This document shows positions 1-9,678 of a stretch of 64,000 nt of DNA, in pieces (the stretch's first letter is position 1; the number at the start of each line of letters is the position of its first letter). The notes below the pieces were generated by a model. The model was not told the origin of the DNA and did not search any database. It saw only the letters and a list, made by a program, of their open reading frames with translations. The stretch covers positions 352,001 through 416,000 of the forward strand of contig CAWJEN010000005.1 in NCBI GenBank assembly GCA_963841915.1, in the 5' to 3' direction. A program made the position numbers and the translations under genes. This DNA comes from an uncultured Planctomycetota bacterium (GTDB taxonomy: Bacteria; Planctomycetota; Phycisphaerae; Tepidisphaerales; Tepidisphaeraceae).

Positions 1-1247
1 TGCTCTTTGAACAAGCCACCGACGGGGATGCTCCCGCCCTCGCGAATTGTCACAGGTCGTGTGCCGAATCCGATCTCTATTGCGTCACCGGCCAGCTTCA
101 TCGCCGGTGAACCTTGCGGCAACAGGCTGGCGTCGATGCCGCCGTGGTCCAGAAAGCTAAGCGAACAGTTTGCAGGACACCGAGCTTGCAGCGTCGCCTG
201 GAACTGCCGGCGTACGACCGTCCAGTTCTGGCCGGGGACGAGCCGCATCGATATCTTCGCTGACGCCTTGGCGGGAATGACGGTCTTGGCACCGTCGCCC
301 TGATAGCCGGTCGTGATGCCATTGACGTCGAGTGTCGGCCGGGCCCACTTGCGTTCGAGCGTGGTGAAGCCGGCTTCTCCCGTTCCGGCGTTGAGCCCGA
401 GGTCGCGGAAATAGCCGTTATCGTCAAAGTTGAGCCGCTTCCAAGCAGCCTTTTCTTCGTCCGTGAGCTCAATGACGCCGTCGTAGAAACCGTCGACCAG
501 GACGCGGCCTTCATCATCGTGCAGCGAAGCGATGAGCTTGCACAGCTCGTTCGCCGCATTGGGAACGGTGCCGCCGAACATGCCGCTGTGCAGATCGGTG
601 TTGGCAGCCGTCAGCGTTACTTCCTGATAGCAGAGTCCGCGCAGGCCATACGTGATGGCCGGCTGGCCGGGACCAAACTGGCCGGTGTCGCTGACCACCG
701 CGACGTCTGCCTTGAGATCGTGGGCGAAGCTCTTGACAAACGCCTCGAGGTTTTCGCTGGCGTTCTCCTCCTCGCCCTCGATGAGCATGATGAGGTTCAC
801 CGGCAGGCCGCCTAGCGCCTGATACGTGACAACGGCGTCGACGTGAGCCCACACCGGGCCTTTGTCGTCGGCAGCTCCCCGTGCATAAACCTTCCCCTCA
901 CGCGTCTGTGGCTCGAACGGCGGGCTCTTCCAAAGCTCCAGCGGCTCCGGTGGCTGTACGTCGTAGTGCCCGTAAAACAGCACGGTCGGCCGACCCGCTA
1001 CGTGTTTGTTCTTGGCGACGACGACCGGATGACCCAGCTTCTGCTTCGTGCCAGTCTCCATCACGCTCGTATTGAGGCCGGCGTTCTTGAGCTGATCTGC
1101 CAGCCACGTTGCTGCCCGGCGGCAGTCGCCGACGTGCTCGGGCTTGGTGCTCACCGACGGGATGGACAGGAAGTCGTTCAGTGCCGACTCGGCAGCGCCT
1201 GTCCGTTGATCCAAGGCGGCCAACACATCGTCAAGCTTTGCGTGCAT
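1..1247 (-). CDS. M20 family dipeptidase (partial, runs off the left edge)
   Basis: Manual translation from ATG 1247: MHAKLDDVL...LSIPSVST...LFYGHYDVQP...YARGAADDKG...IEGEEE, the M20 metal-binding motifs. Not in the ORF track because it has no stop in the window. Confidence 0.9.
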   Translation of the reverse strand, partial: MHAKLDDVLAALDQRTGAAESALNDFLSIPSVSTKPEHVGDCRRAATWLADQLKNAGLNTSVMETGTKQKLGHPVVVAKNKHVAGRPTVLFYGHYDVQPPEPLELWKSPPFEPQTREGKVYARGAADDKGPVWAHVDAVVTYQALGGLPVNLIMLIEGEEENASENLEAFVKSFAHDLKADVAVVSDTGQFGPGQPAITYGLRGLCYQEVTLTAANTDLHSGMFGGTVPNAANELCKLIASLHDDEGRVLVDGFYDGVIELTDEEKAAWKRLNFDDNGYFRDLGLNAGTGEAGFTTLERKWARPTLDVNGITTGYQGDGAKTVIPAKASAKISMRLVPGQNWTVVRRQFQATLQARCPANCSLSFLDHGGIDASLLPQGSPAMKLAGDAIEIGFGTRPVTIREGGSIPVGGLFKE

Positions 1248-1305
1248 GCCGCGACGGTAGAACCGGCCGACGCCTCACGATGAACTCACAAACCAGGCGA
1301 ACGCC

Positions 1306-3039
1306 CTAAGCCGGTACAGCCGCATCTGCAGCGGCAGCAATGTGCTCACGGTGCATCCGCCAAAGCACCAGGAAACTGCTGATGCCGACGTAGAAGTAAC
1401 CGACCGCGAACATCACCAGGAATGGCAGCGAGAATATAGCGTACTGGTAGACCACCGAGATGAAGACGAAGCAACTGATATAGATGCCAAAGGCCGTTTC
1501 GACGATGGGCAGGCCCAGCGTCTTGAGCGTCCAGAACCCGCTGGACTTGCGGGCAGCGGACAACGTCTTGGCGTCGCGGCGGACGTTGTCGCTGTTGTAG
1601 CGCTTCTTCACCCGGCTGTTCGTCGCATACTTCGGTGTGCGAACGAACTCGTTGACGACCGGGCCGCCCTTCTTGTACTGGCGACGTGTCCAGATCGCTT
1701 CCCAAACCGCCCGGGTGTTGTTGAGGCTGAGACCGACGCCGAGTGCCATGATGAACGGCATGTACAGCAGCGTCCGCCAGCCGGTCTTCTTGCCGAAAAG
1801 CTCAGATTGAGCAAAGGCAAAGAAGGTGGCAGTGCTGCACGAGGCAACGACGAAGAGGGTGAAGCCGAAGAGGAACGTGCCGACCGGATGATCCTTCAAG
1901 GGAGCATCGCTCAAAATGAAGGCGGGGTACATCAGCAGCGTCATGATGACGACGAGCGGATAGACGGCGACGTTCGTCAAGTGGAAGAACGCCTCGCTCT
2001 TGACCCTGAACGGCAGCGCCTTGCTCTTGAGGATGCGCGGAAGCAGCTTGATCGCAGTCTGGAAGCTGCCCTTCGTCCAACGGTGGGCCTGCTGCTTGAA
2101 CGCGATCATCTCAGGCGGCAGCTCCGCAGGAGCCGCGTGCTGGGGCAGATAGACGAATTGCCACCCCTTGATCTGTGCCCGATACGACAGGTCGAGGTCT
2201 TCGGTCAACGTGTCATGCTGCCAGCCACCGGCGTCACCGATAGTCTCCCGACGCCACACGCCTGCCGTGCCATTGAAGTGCATGAAGCGGCCGCTCCGGT
2301 TGCGAGCGGTGTGCTCGATGACGAAATGGCCATCGAGGAAGATCGCCTGCGACTTGGTCAGCAGCGACGCGTCGCGGTTGAGGTGATCCCAGCGGACCTG
2401 GACCATGCCGACCTTGTCGTCCCCAAAGTGCGGGACGACATCGTAAAGTAACTCAGGTGGTGGCACGAAGTCCGCATCGAAGATGGCTACGTACTGGCCT
2501 TTTGCGCTTTTGAGTCCCTCGGCTAGCGCACCAGCCTTGTACCCCGTACGCACCTGGCGGTGGTGGTAAGAGATGTCAATGCCCTTGGCAGCCCAGCGCT
2601 CAACCGACGCCTTGGCGATTTCGGCTGAGCCGTCTGTCGAATCATCGAGAACCTGAATCTCAAGCCTATCCCGCGGCCAGTCCATGCGACAGGCTGCGTC
2701 GATGACGCGCTCGGCAACGAGATCCTCATTGTACATCGGCAGCTGCACCGTCACGCGAGGCAGCGTGTCACGCAGCGTGGTCGGCTGATGCACATTGTGC
2801 CGGTACTTGCGATACAGGTGAACCAGCTTGTACCGGTGCAGGCCGTAAAACGCGAGCACCAGCAAGGTGAAGACGTAGATGCCCAGAACGCCCCAAAGAA
2901 CGAGCGGGCCAACCAGGAAGTCATGCAGCGCCACGAGCCAACTGGTCGCCGGATGCACGCCACGGCTGATCACCTCCGTCACATCGGCGGGCGGGGCGAG
3001 CGTACTGAGAATTTCGGCTTGTTCGACGACGGCGTGCAA
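1306..3039 (-). CDS. Cellulose synthase-like GT2 glycosyltransferase
   Basis: QLPMYNE, DDSTD, KAGAL, FDADF, TEDLDL and QAHRW (D,D,D,QxxRW) motifs plus N- and C-terminal TM helices. TTG start with GGAG upstream. Confidence 0.9.
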   Translation of the reverse strand: MHAVVEQAEILSTLAPPADVTEVISRGVHPATSWLVALHDFLVGPLVLWGVLGIYVFTLLVLAFYGLHRYKLVHLYRKYRHNVHQPTTLRDTLPRVTVQLPMYNEDLVAERVIDAACRMDWPRDRLEIQVLDDSTDGSAEIAKASVERWAAKGIDISYHHRQVRTGYKAGALAEGLKSAKGQYVAIFDADFVPPPELLYDVVPHFGDDKVGMVQVRWDHLNRDASLLTKSQAIFLDGHFVIEHTARNRSGRFMHFNGTAGVWRRETIGDAGGWQHDTLTEDLDLSYRAQIKGWQFVYLPQHAAPAELPPEMIAFKQQAHRWTKGSFQTAIKLLPRILKSKALPFRVKSEAFFHLTNVAVYPLVVIMTLLMYPAFILSDAPLKDHPVGTFLFGFTLFVVASCSTATFFAFAQSELFGKKTGWRTLLYMPFIMALGVGLSLNNTRAVWEAIWTRRQYKKGGPVVNEFVRTPKYATNSRVKKRYNSDNVRRDAKTLSAARKSSGFWTLKTLGLPIVETAFGIYISCFVFISVVYQYAIFSLPFLVMFAVGYFYVGISSFLVLWRMHREHIAAAADAAVPA

Positions 3040-3276
3040 CAGGAGCGCTCCAACGGGTCAGGCTACCGCTCCCCAGGCGAGTCCCGGCGTGCCCTTGAGG
3101 GTCCGACACCCGCCGCCTGAGCGACTCGAGTGCGACGGAATAGGTCCGCCGACGGACGAACGTACATCATTCGTGATGCGAATCAAGCATCACACGCTTG
3201 ATGACAAAACTAGCTGGGCGATGCCTACTCCGTCGCTGCCTCGGCCGAAGCCTCAGTCGTGGCGGCTGCGGACTTG

Positions 3277-3795
3277 CTATTGCTGCTCATCACCCGCTTG
3301 GCAAATGCGCGACGACGCTCGCTGCGACGCTTGCGTAGACCGGCCGACTTGCGGCACGGTGCCGGTCGGAGCCGCTTCACTCTCGTCGCCGACGAGTTGC
3401 AGCACGACGATGTCGCCACCATCACCCAGGCGGTAGTTCGACGTCTTGATGATGCGTGTGTAACCACCCGGACGGCCTTCGTAGCGTGGGGCGACTTCGC
3501 TGAACAGCTTCTGGACCACAGTCGTCTCACGGCCCTTATCGCTCAGGATGAATTCCTGCTCCGAGTCGGTGAGACGGCGATCACGCAACTCAGCTACGAC
3601 GAGTCGGCGGGCGTGAAGCGTGCCCTTGCGGGCCTGCGTGATGAGCTTCTCGACGAAAGGCTGCACCTCGAGCGCTTTGGGCAGCGTCGTTCGGATGCTG
3701 CCGTGCTCGAACAGGCTTTGGGCCATGTTGCGGCGCATCGCGAGACGGTGCTCGGTGTCGCGGGAAAGCTGTCGGCCGCGGCGGCGGTGGCGCAT
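3277..3795 (-). CDS. rplQ: 50S ribosomal protein L17 (tail probably frameshifted; natural end likely 3225)
   Basis: MRHRRRGRQLSR...TTLPKA...RPGGYTRIIK; lies after rpoA. Confidence 0.95.
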   Translation of the reverse strand: MRHRRRGRQLSRDTEHRLAMRRNMAQSLFEHGSIRTTLPKALEVQPFVEKLITQARKGTLHARRLVVAELRDRRLTDSEQEFILSDKGRETTVVQKLFSEVAPRYEGRPGGYTRIIKTSNYRLGDGGDIVVLQLVGDESEAAPTGTVPQVGRSTQASQRASSRICQAGDEQQ

Positions 3796-3887
3796 ATCAG
3801 TCGGGTGAAGGGTGTCGCAGGTCGGGGAAAAGCCTCACGCGAGCGGTTTGTGCCCGCGGGAGGTGGAAATGGTGTCGGGCCGGCAGC

Positions 3888-5042
3888 CTAGGCCTCTTCA
3901 TTGGTGGCCGTCGTCTCGACAGGCTCTTCTTCGTCGTCAGACATGATGTAGGCGTCTTCGCCACCCATCGCTGCAGGAGCCGCAGCCGGTGGGCCCGAAC
4001 GCATCGCATCAAGGTCGATCCCGAGCGACAGGCCCATGTCGGCCAGCCGACGCTTGACCTCACGGAGGCTCGTCTTGCCGAACGAACGGACCTTCAGCAG
4101 GTCGGCATCGGTCTTCTGCACGAGCTCGCGGACGTTGCTGATCCGGGCAGACTCAAGACAGTTGTTGGCACGGACGCTCAGGTCGAGCTCCTGCACCGTC
4201 ATGTTCAGCTTCGACTCGAGATCGGGGTCAACCGCAGCCGAGGCGGCACCGGCGTTCTGCGTCGACTCCTGAAGACCTTGCACAGCCTCGTCGCTGGCGA
4301 GCTGGTCGCCGAGCTCGAAGTATTGGACGAACGGGTTGAGGTGCTTGCGAAGAATCTTCGCCGCCTCGACCATGGCCAGCTCGGGCGTGACGGTGCCGTC
4401 GGACCAGACCTCGAGAACGAGGCGGTCGTAGTCGGTCCGCTGACCAACGCGGGCGGCCTCAGTGTTGTACCGAACGCGGGTCACAGGGCTGAAATTGGAG
4501 TCGAGGTAGATGAAGCCGGTCTCGGCCTCGCCACTTTCCTCGGCGGCAGCGATGTGCTCCTTGTCCGTCTTGTAACCGCGGCCGACCTGCACGGTCAGCT
4601 CCATCTCGAAGTCGACGTCTTCTGTCAGCGTCGCGACGACAAGATCCTTGTTCACAATCTCAACACCGTCAGGCACCTCAATGTGACCGGCAGTAAGTTC
4701 CCCCGCTGCCGATGCGGCGAGCGTCAGGACCGTCGGCCCTTCGCTCACCGTGTCACTCTTAATGATAAGACTCTTGACGTTCAGTATGATGTCTGTGACA
4801 TCCTCGATGACGCCCGGCAAGCTGCTGAACTCGTGATCGGCACCCTTGATCTTCACCCGCGTGACGGCGGCACCTTCGATGCTGCTGAGCAGGATACGAC
4901 GGAGCGAGTTGCCGATCGTCGTACCGAAGCCACGCTCGAAGGGCTCTGCGGAGAAGCGGCCGAACGTCTCGTTGGAGACGCTCTCGTCGAGCTCCACCAT
5001 GCCGGGGAGTTCAAGGCCACGCCATTTCACTTTGCTAATCAT
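3888..5042 (-). CDS. rpoA: RNA polymerase subunit alpha
   Basis: EPFERGFGTTIGNSLRRILLSS, LSVRANNCL, FGKTSL; acidic C-terminal tail. Confidence 0.98.
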   Translation of the reverse strand: MISKVKWRGLELPGMVELDESVSNETFGRFSAEPFERGFGTTIGNSLRRILLSSIEGAAVTRVKIKGADHEFSSLPGVIEDVTDIILNVKSLIIKSDTVSEGPTVLTLAASAAGELTAGHIEVPDGVEIVNKDLVVATLTEDVDFEMELTVQVGRGYKTDKEHIAAAEESGEAETGFIYLDSNFSPVTRVRYNTEAARVGQRTDYDRLVLEVWSDGTVTPELAMVEAAKILRKHLNPFVQYFELGDQLASDEAVQGLQESTQNAGAASAAVDPDLESKLNMTVQELDLSVRANNCLESARISNVRELVQKTDADLLKVRSFGKTSLREVKRRLADMGLSLGIDLDAMRSGPPAAAPAAMGGEDAYIMSDDEEEPVETTATNEEA

Positions 5043-5136
5043 AATTCTGCTCAGTTGAGGGTTTGAGGGTTCTCAGTCTCTGGCCGACCCGAATCGCGAA
5101 CCGTTGCCGCCCGCACCGTTGCGGACCATCTGCGGT

Positions 5137-5412
5137 TCACCTCGTCGGAGGCGGCGAATCTGTGTCTCGTTCTGCAGGGTCTGCGTCCTGCGCATCCAGC
5201 GGCTCCACAGGAAAGCCGCCGGGCTTAGTGCTTGCTGATCGTCCTCTTATGAGTTCGAGGAGACCGACGCCGAGTAAGACGCTGGCGACGCCGAAGCAAA
5301 TCCACGATTGATCTGATCCGCGCGAGCTCGCTCGCATGTCCATGCCGAACATGAGGGCGACTCCGCCGAGAAGAAGCAGGCCAATGGCTGTAAACCAGGA
5401 GCTTCGACTCAT
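5137..5412 (-). CDS. Small hypothetical membrane protein (2 TM) between rpsK and rpoA
   Basis: 91-aa ORF co-oriented with the operon, starting 17 bp after the rpsK stop; two hydrophobic segments. Confidence 0.55.
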   Translation of the reverse strand: MSRSSWFTAIGLLLLGGVALMFGMDMRASSRGSDQSWICFGVASVLLGVGLLELIRGRSASTKPGGFPVEPLDAQDADPAERDTDSPPPTR

Positions 5413-5428
5413 CGGCAGACCCGCAGGA

Positions 5429-5827
5429 TCAGACGCGCCGCTTCTTCGGAGGGCGGCAGCCGTTGTGCGGGATCGGGGTGACGTCCTCGATCGTCAGCAC
5501 GCGAAGGCCGGCGTTCTGCAGGTTCAGCACGGCCTGCTCGCGGCCGGCGCCGGGGCCCTGCACGCGGACGTCGACTTCCTGAAGCCCCTGCCGACGGGCC
5601 TCGGTGCCGGCCTTCTCGGCGGCGCGGCCGGCGGCGAACGGGGTGCTCTTGCGGGCACCCTTGAAGCCAACGGCACCGGCCGAGGACCAGGAGATCGTCT
5701 CGCCGTTCATGTCGGTGAGCGTGACGATCGTGTTGTTGAAGCTCGCCTTGATGTGAGCCAGGCCGCGTGTTACGCCACGCTTGGCCTTCTTCTTGCCGCT
5801 TGGGCGGCCGCCTTGTGTTTTTGCCAT
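5429..5827 (-). CDS. rpsK: 30S ribosomal protein S11
   Basis: [43 protein letters not shown]; start taken at MAKT. Confidence 0.97.
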   Translation of the reverse strand: MAKTQGGRPSGKKKAKRGVTRGLAHIKASFNNTIVTLTDMNGETISWSSAGAVGFKGARKSTPFAAGRAAEKAGTEARRQGLQEVDVRVQGPGAGREQAVLNLQNAGLRVLTIEDVTPIPHNGCRPPKKRRV

Positions 5828-5877
5828 GGATGGTGGTGTGGAGGGTTCGACGGACAAAAGGTCCTAGCCGCTCATGC

Positions 5878-6252
5878 TTACTTAGCGCCCTTTTTGCCGG
5901 CGACCGTCTTACGCGGTCCCTTGCGGGTGCGGGCATTCTTCTGCGTGTTCTGGCCGCGAACGGGCAGACCACGACGGTGGCGATCGCCGCGGTAGCTTTG
6001 AATGCTCCGCAGGCGACCGATGTTCTGGCTGACCTGACGACGCAGGACACCTTCGACAGGAATCTCGTTGTCGATGATGCTCGCCAACCGGCCGAGCTCA
6101 TCTTCGGTCAGGTCGCTTGCCTTCTTGTCAGCATCGACCTCGGCCTTCTTGCACAGCTCCAGCGCGTTCGTCGGCCCAATGCCGTAGATGTAGCGCAGGC
6201 TGATGTGCGTCTTCTTGTTGTTCGGAATGTCGACGCCGGAAACGCGGGGCAT
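5878..6252 (-). CDS. rpsM: 30S ribosomal protein S13
   Basis: [28 protein letters not shown]. Confidence 0.98.
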   Translation of the reverse strand: MPRVSGVDIPNNKKTHISLRYIYGIGPTNALELCKKAEVDADKKASDLTEDELGRLASIIDNEIPVEGVLRRQVSQNIGRLRSIQSYRGDRHRRGLPVRGQNTQKNARTRKGPRKTVAGKKGAK

Positions 6253-6309
6253 GATGGGTCCAAAAAGGCGGAGAGGTGATCAGTCGGTGGCAAATCCGTC
6301 GAAGACGGT

Positions 6310-6423
6310 TCAGCCCTGACGCTGCTTGTGCTTCGGGTTCGTGCAGATAACGCGCACGACGCCCTTGCGGCGAACGATCTTGCAGTTTTCACAGATACGT
6401 TTGACGCTGGAGCGAACCTTCAT
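6310..6423 (-). CDS. rpmJ: 50S ribosomal protein L36 (Zn-ribbon type)
   Basis: Manual translation [37 protein letters not shown] (37 aa, below the ORF-track cutoff). Confidence 0.97.
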   Translation of the reverse strand: MKVRSSVKRICENCKIVRRKGVVRVICTNPKHKQRQG

Positions 6424-6553
6424 GACTTGCAGGTGATAGGTGACAGGCGGGTCAGGCTCGACGAAAGCTGTAGCATTCGTTGAACGGGAAAGGGTTATAT
6501 GTCTGAACGGAGCGGATGATCAACCGACGAGCCACATTCGTCGCGACTCCCGC

Positions 6554-7363
6554 TCAGGCAGCAGCTGCCAGCAGCTCTTGATTCGGCTGACGACCGTCCG
6601 TCAGGACGTCACAGCCGCTTTGCGTAATGGCCACCGTGTGCTCGATGTGGCACGCCGGCTTCCGATTTTTCGTGACGATGGTCCACTTATCGCTGAGGCT
6701 CTTCGTCTTGGGTGGGCCGACCACGAGCATCGGCTCGACAGCGAACGTCATGCCTGGGCGGAGAATGAAGTCGCTCCGCCGCTGTTCGGCGTTCGAGAAG
6801 TTGGGCACTTTCGGCTCCTCGTGCATCGTGCGGCCGATGCCGTGACCCACGAAGTCACGGACTACGCCGTAGCCCCGCTTTTCAGCAAATCGTTGCATCT
6901 CGCGGGCGATGTCGCTCCAGCGAGCACCAGGCTTGCTCATGTCGACCGCAAGGTCGATCGTGTGCTGCGTGGTGTCGAGCAACTTCTGTTTGTCCGACGG
7001 GAGCTTACCGACGCCGATGGTCAAGGCAGTGTCGGCGCAGTAGTCGCCGAGCTTCATCGCCAAGTCGAGCGTCACGAGGTCACCGTTCCGCAGCTTTCGC
7101 GGACCCGGAATGCCGTGAACGACCTCTTCGTCGACACTGATGCAACTCTCGGCCGGATATCCTTCACCCGGCTTGTATGTCGGGTAGTTCTTACTCATGC
7201 CGATCCCGCCGACCTTGGCGAGTTCGACGCGACAGATGTCGTTGACCTCGCCAGTGGTCGCTCCGGCCTTGGCGGCGGCGGCCATCGCCCGCAGGATCGT
7301 AAAGGCCGCAAAGCCTGTAGCCCGCATGAGTTCGATCTCACGCGGCGACTTGTAGATGATCAT
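6554..7363 (-). CDS. map: Type I methionine aminopeptidase
   Basis: CISVDEEVVHGIP, DTA, GHGIG, HEEP, EPM, HIEHT; start MIIYKS (alternative 7387). Confidence 0.96.
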   Translation of the reverse strand: MIIYKSPREIELMRATGFAAFTILRAMAAAAKAGATTGEVNDICRVELAKVGGIGMSKNYPTYKPGEGYPAESCISVDEEVVHGIPGPRKLRNGDLVTLDLAMKLGDYCADTALTIGVGKLPSDKQKLLDTTQHTIDLAVDMSKPGARWSDIAREMQRFAEKRGYGVVRDFVGHGIGRTMHEEPKVPNFSNAEQRRSDFILRPGMTFAVEPMLVVGPPKTKSLSDKWTIVTKNRKPACHIEHTVAITQSGCDVLTDGRQPNQELLAAAA

Positions 7364-7407
7364 GCCGCTGTGGGCCTGGTTGAACATGGATGGGTGCGAA
7401 CGAAGTC

Positions 7408-8802
7408 TCAAAATTGGCGGCCGCGGATGCGCTTGTTCCGAACCTTGGGGTCATCAGCAAGGAACCCGCCGTAGTTCCGCATGAGCAGGTTGGCCTCGAT
7501 GCGCTGGACCATGTCGAGCGCGACACTCACTACAATCAATAGACCGGTGCCGCCGAGGAACGCGGTGATCGTGTAGGGGATATTCAGCGTCGCCCCGATG
7601 ACGCTCGGAATGATCGCAATGGCTGCCAGGAAGGCGGCACCCACGAAGGTGATCCGGTTCATCACGCGTTCGAGGTATTCAGCCGTCCGCTTACCGGGAC
7701 GCAGGCCGGGGATAAAGCTGCCGTAGTCGCGAAGCTGGTTGGCCATCTCCTTGGGCTGGAACTGAACCGTGGTCCAGAAGTAGCTGAAGAAGAAGATCAT
7801 CGCGACCATCGTGATGACGTAGAGGAAGCCGCCGTAGTCGCCGAACTCGGTATTGAGGAAGCTCAATGATGAGCCGAGGAAGCCGGTGGCAGGCGCTCCT
7901 TTGTTTACCGCGTTATCCAGGTAGCCGAAGAGAATGCCCGGGAAGAGCATCAGGCTTTGGGCGAAGATGATTGGCATGACGCCGCCGTGGTTGACCCGGA
8001 GCGGCAGGAACTGCTTCGTGCCGCCGTAAACCTTGCGGCCGCGGGTGTGCTTGGCCTGCTGGATCGGGATACGACGCTGTGCCTGCGTGATGGCGATGGC
8101 ACCCATGACGACGATGATGAAGCAGGCGAGCAATGCCAGCAGATCGCCGATGCTGATCGCCCCGGCAGCGGCACCGAGATCCAGGCTGAAGTTCTGCACG
8201 AGGCTGACCACGGCCTGCGGCATCTGACTGACGATGCCGGCGAGAATCAGCAGCGAAATGCCGTTGCCAAGGCCATACTCGTCGATCTGTTCGCCGAGCC
8301 ACATCAGGAACATGGTGCCGGCCACCAGACCGAGCATGCCGAGGAACCAAAAGCTCGTCCCGAATCCCGGCAGGATGAGTTGCTGCTGTTGGATGTAGCT
8401 GAGCCAGAACGACGCCTGCAGAGCCGCAATGATGACGGTGGCATAACGCGTCCACTCCTGGATCTTCTTCTGCCCGGACTGCCCTTCCTTCTTGAGCTTC
8501 TCGAGTGCAGGAACGACGCTCGTCAGAAGCTGGAAGATGATGCTTGCAGAGATGTAGGGCATCACGCCCAGACCGAAAATCGTCGACTGGCTCAGCGAGC
8601 CTCCGCTGAAGATTGCGACGTATGTCGCCAGGCGACTACCGGCGTCACCCTGGTTCTCCATCGACTGCTCGAATTGAACCTGGTCGAGGCCCGGCAGTGG
8701 GATGTGAAAGCCGACGCGGTAAATCGCCAGCATGAGCAAGGTGAAAAGCACCTTGTTCCGCAATTCCGGAACGCGGAAGATATTGAGAACTGTGGTCAGC
8801 AT
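7408..8802 (-). CDS. secY: Preprotein translocase SecY
   Basis: LGVMPYISASII, WLGEQI, GNGISLLI, IPGLRPG, GGTGLLIVV. Confidence 0.98.
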   Translation of the reverse strand: MLTTVLNIFRVPELRNKVLFTLLMLAIYRVGFHIPLPGLDQVQFEQSMENQGDAGSRLATYVAIFSGGSLSQSTIFGLGVMPYISASIIFQLLTSVVPALEKLKKEGQSGQKKIQEWTRYATVIIAALQASFWLSYIQQQQLILPGFGTSFWFLGMLGLVAGTMFLMWLGEQIDEYGLGNGISLLILAGIVSQMPQAVVSLVQNFSLDLGAAAGAISIGDLLALLACFIIVVMGAIAITQAQRRIPIQQAKHTRGRKVYGGTKQFLPLRVNHGGVMPIIFAQSLMLFPGILFGYLDNAVNKGAPATGFLGSSLSFLNTEFGDYGGFLYVITMVAMIFFFSYFWTTVQFQPKEMANQLRDYGSFIPGLRPGKRTAEYLERVMNRITFVGAAFLAAIAIIPSVIGATLNIPYTITAFLGGTGLLIVVSVALDMVQRIEANLLMRNYGGFLADDPKVRNKRIRGRQF

Positions 8803-8949
8803 GGCTAGTCGATCGAGGGTGCCGCAGAGGACGGTCGCGGGAGCTTAGGAGTCAGCGGTCCCGTGGGGGAAGCAGAAGGCCAAGCCGATGACGGCTTGGC
8901 CTGCTGGTTCGGACCTGATCAAATAAAGGATGATCACGTCACGGCAGGC

Positions 8950-9612
8950 TCAAGCCTCCGTGCCGCTCTCGGGTGCCTTCGTGACGTCGTCGTCCTTGCT
9001 GACGACATCAGCAGCGACAGACGTTTCGGAAGCAGACGTCTCCAGGTTCGCCTCATCCGCGGGCTTCTCTTGTGGAGGGAGGCCGAGCTTGGCAAGACGC
9101 TTGTCGAGCTTGCGGCTGAGCCGCTCGTTCTTCGGCTCCTTGAAGCTGTAGCCCTGACCGTCGGCGGTCAACGCTTCGCCGCCGGCCTTACCAATCAGGT
9201 CATACGCGTTGCGGCTGTACCCTTCGACCTTGATTGTCAGCTTCTTCGTCAGCTCACCGTCGCCGAGAATCTTCACCGGGAGGCGAAGATTCGGAATAAG
9301 CCCTGTTGTCTTGAGCAGCTCCCGGTCGATGGTCGTGCCGTCGTCGAACCGCTCCAGGAGCGACACATTGACAGTGCTGTAACGGGTCTTGAAGAGGTGG
9401 TTCGAGAAGCCACGCTGCGGGAAGCGGCGGTAGATCTCGGTCTGGCCACCCTCAAAGCCACGCCGCATCGGCTTACCGCCGCGGGAGTTGGCACCCTTGT
9501 GCCCGGTGCCACTGGTCTTACCCTTAGAGCCTTCGCCACGGCCAACGCGCTGCCGACGCTTGTGCTTGCCGGCGGCTTGGAGAATGTCACTGAGAAGATT
9601 GGGATTTGGCAT
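8950..9612 (-). CDS. rplO: 50S ribosomal protein L15 with C-terminal extension
   Basis: RVGRGEGSKGKTSGTGHKG, FEGGQ, VKILGDG. Confidence 0.96.
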   Translation of the reverse strand: MPNPNLLSDILQAAGKHKRRQRVGRGEGSKGKTSGTGHKGANSRGGKPMRRGFEGGQTEIYRRFPQRGFSNHLFKTRYSTVNVSLLERFDDGTTIDRELLKTTGLIPNLRLPVKILGDGELTKKLTIKVEGYSRNAYDLIGKAGGEALTADGQGYSFKEPKNERLSRKLDKRLAKLGLPPQEKPADEANLETSASETSVAADVVSKDDDVTKAPESGTEA

Positions 9613-9678
9613 GATGATGTGCTTCCTGTACTGGCGGCCGGGAGCTGGCCTCGCGTGCAAAAAAGAGACTGATCAAAC

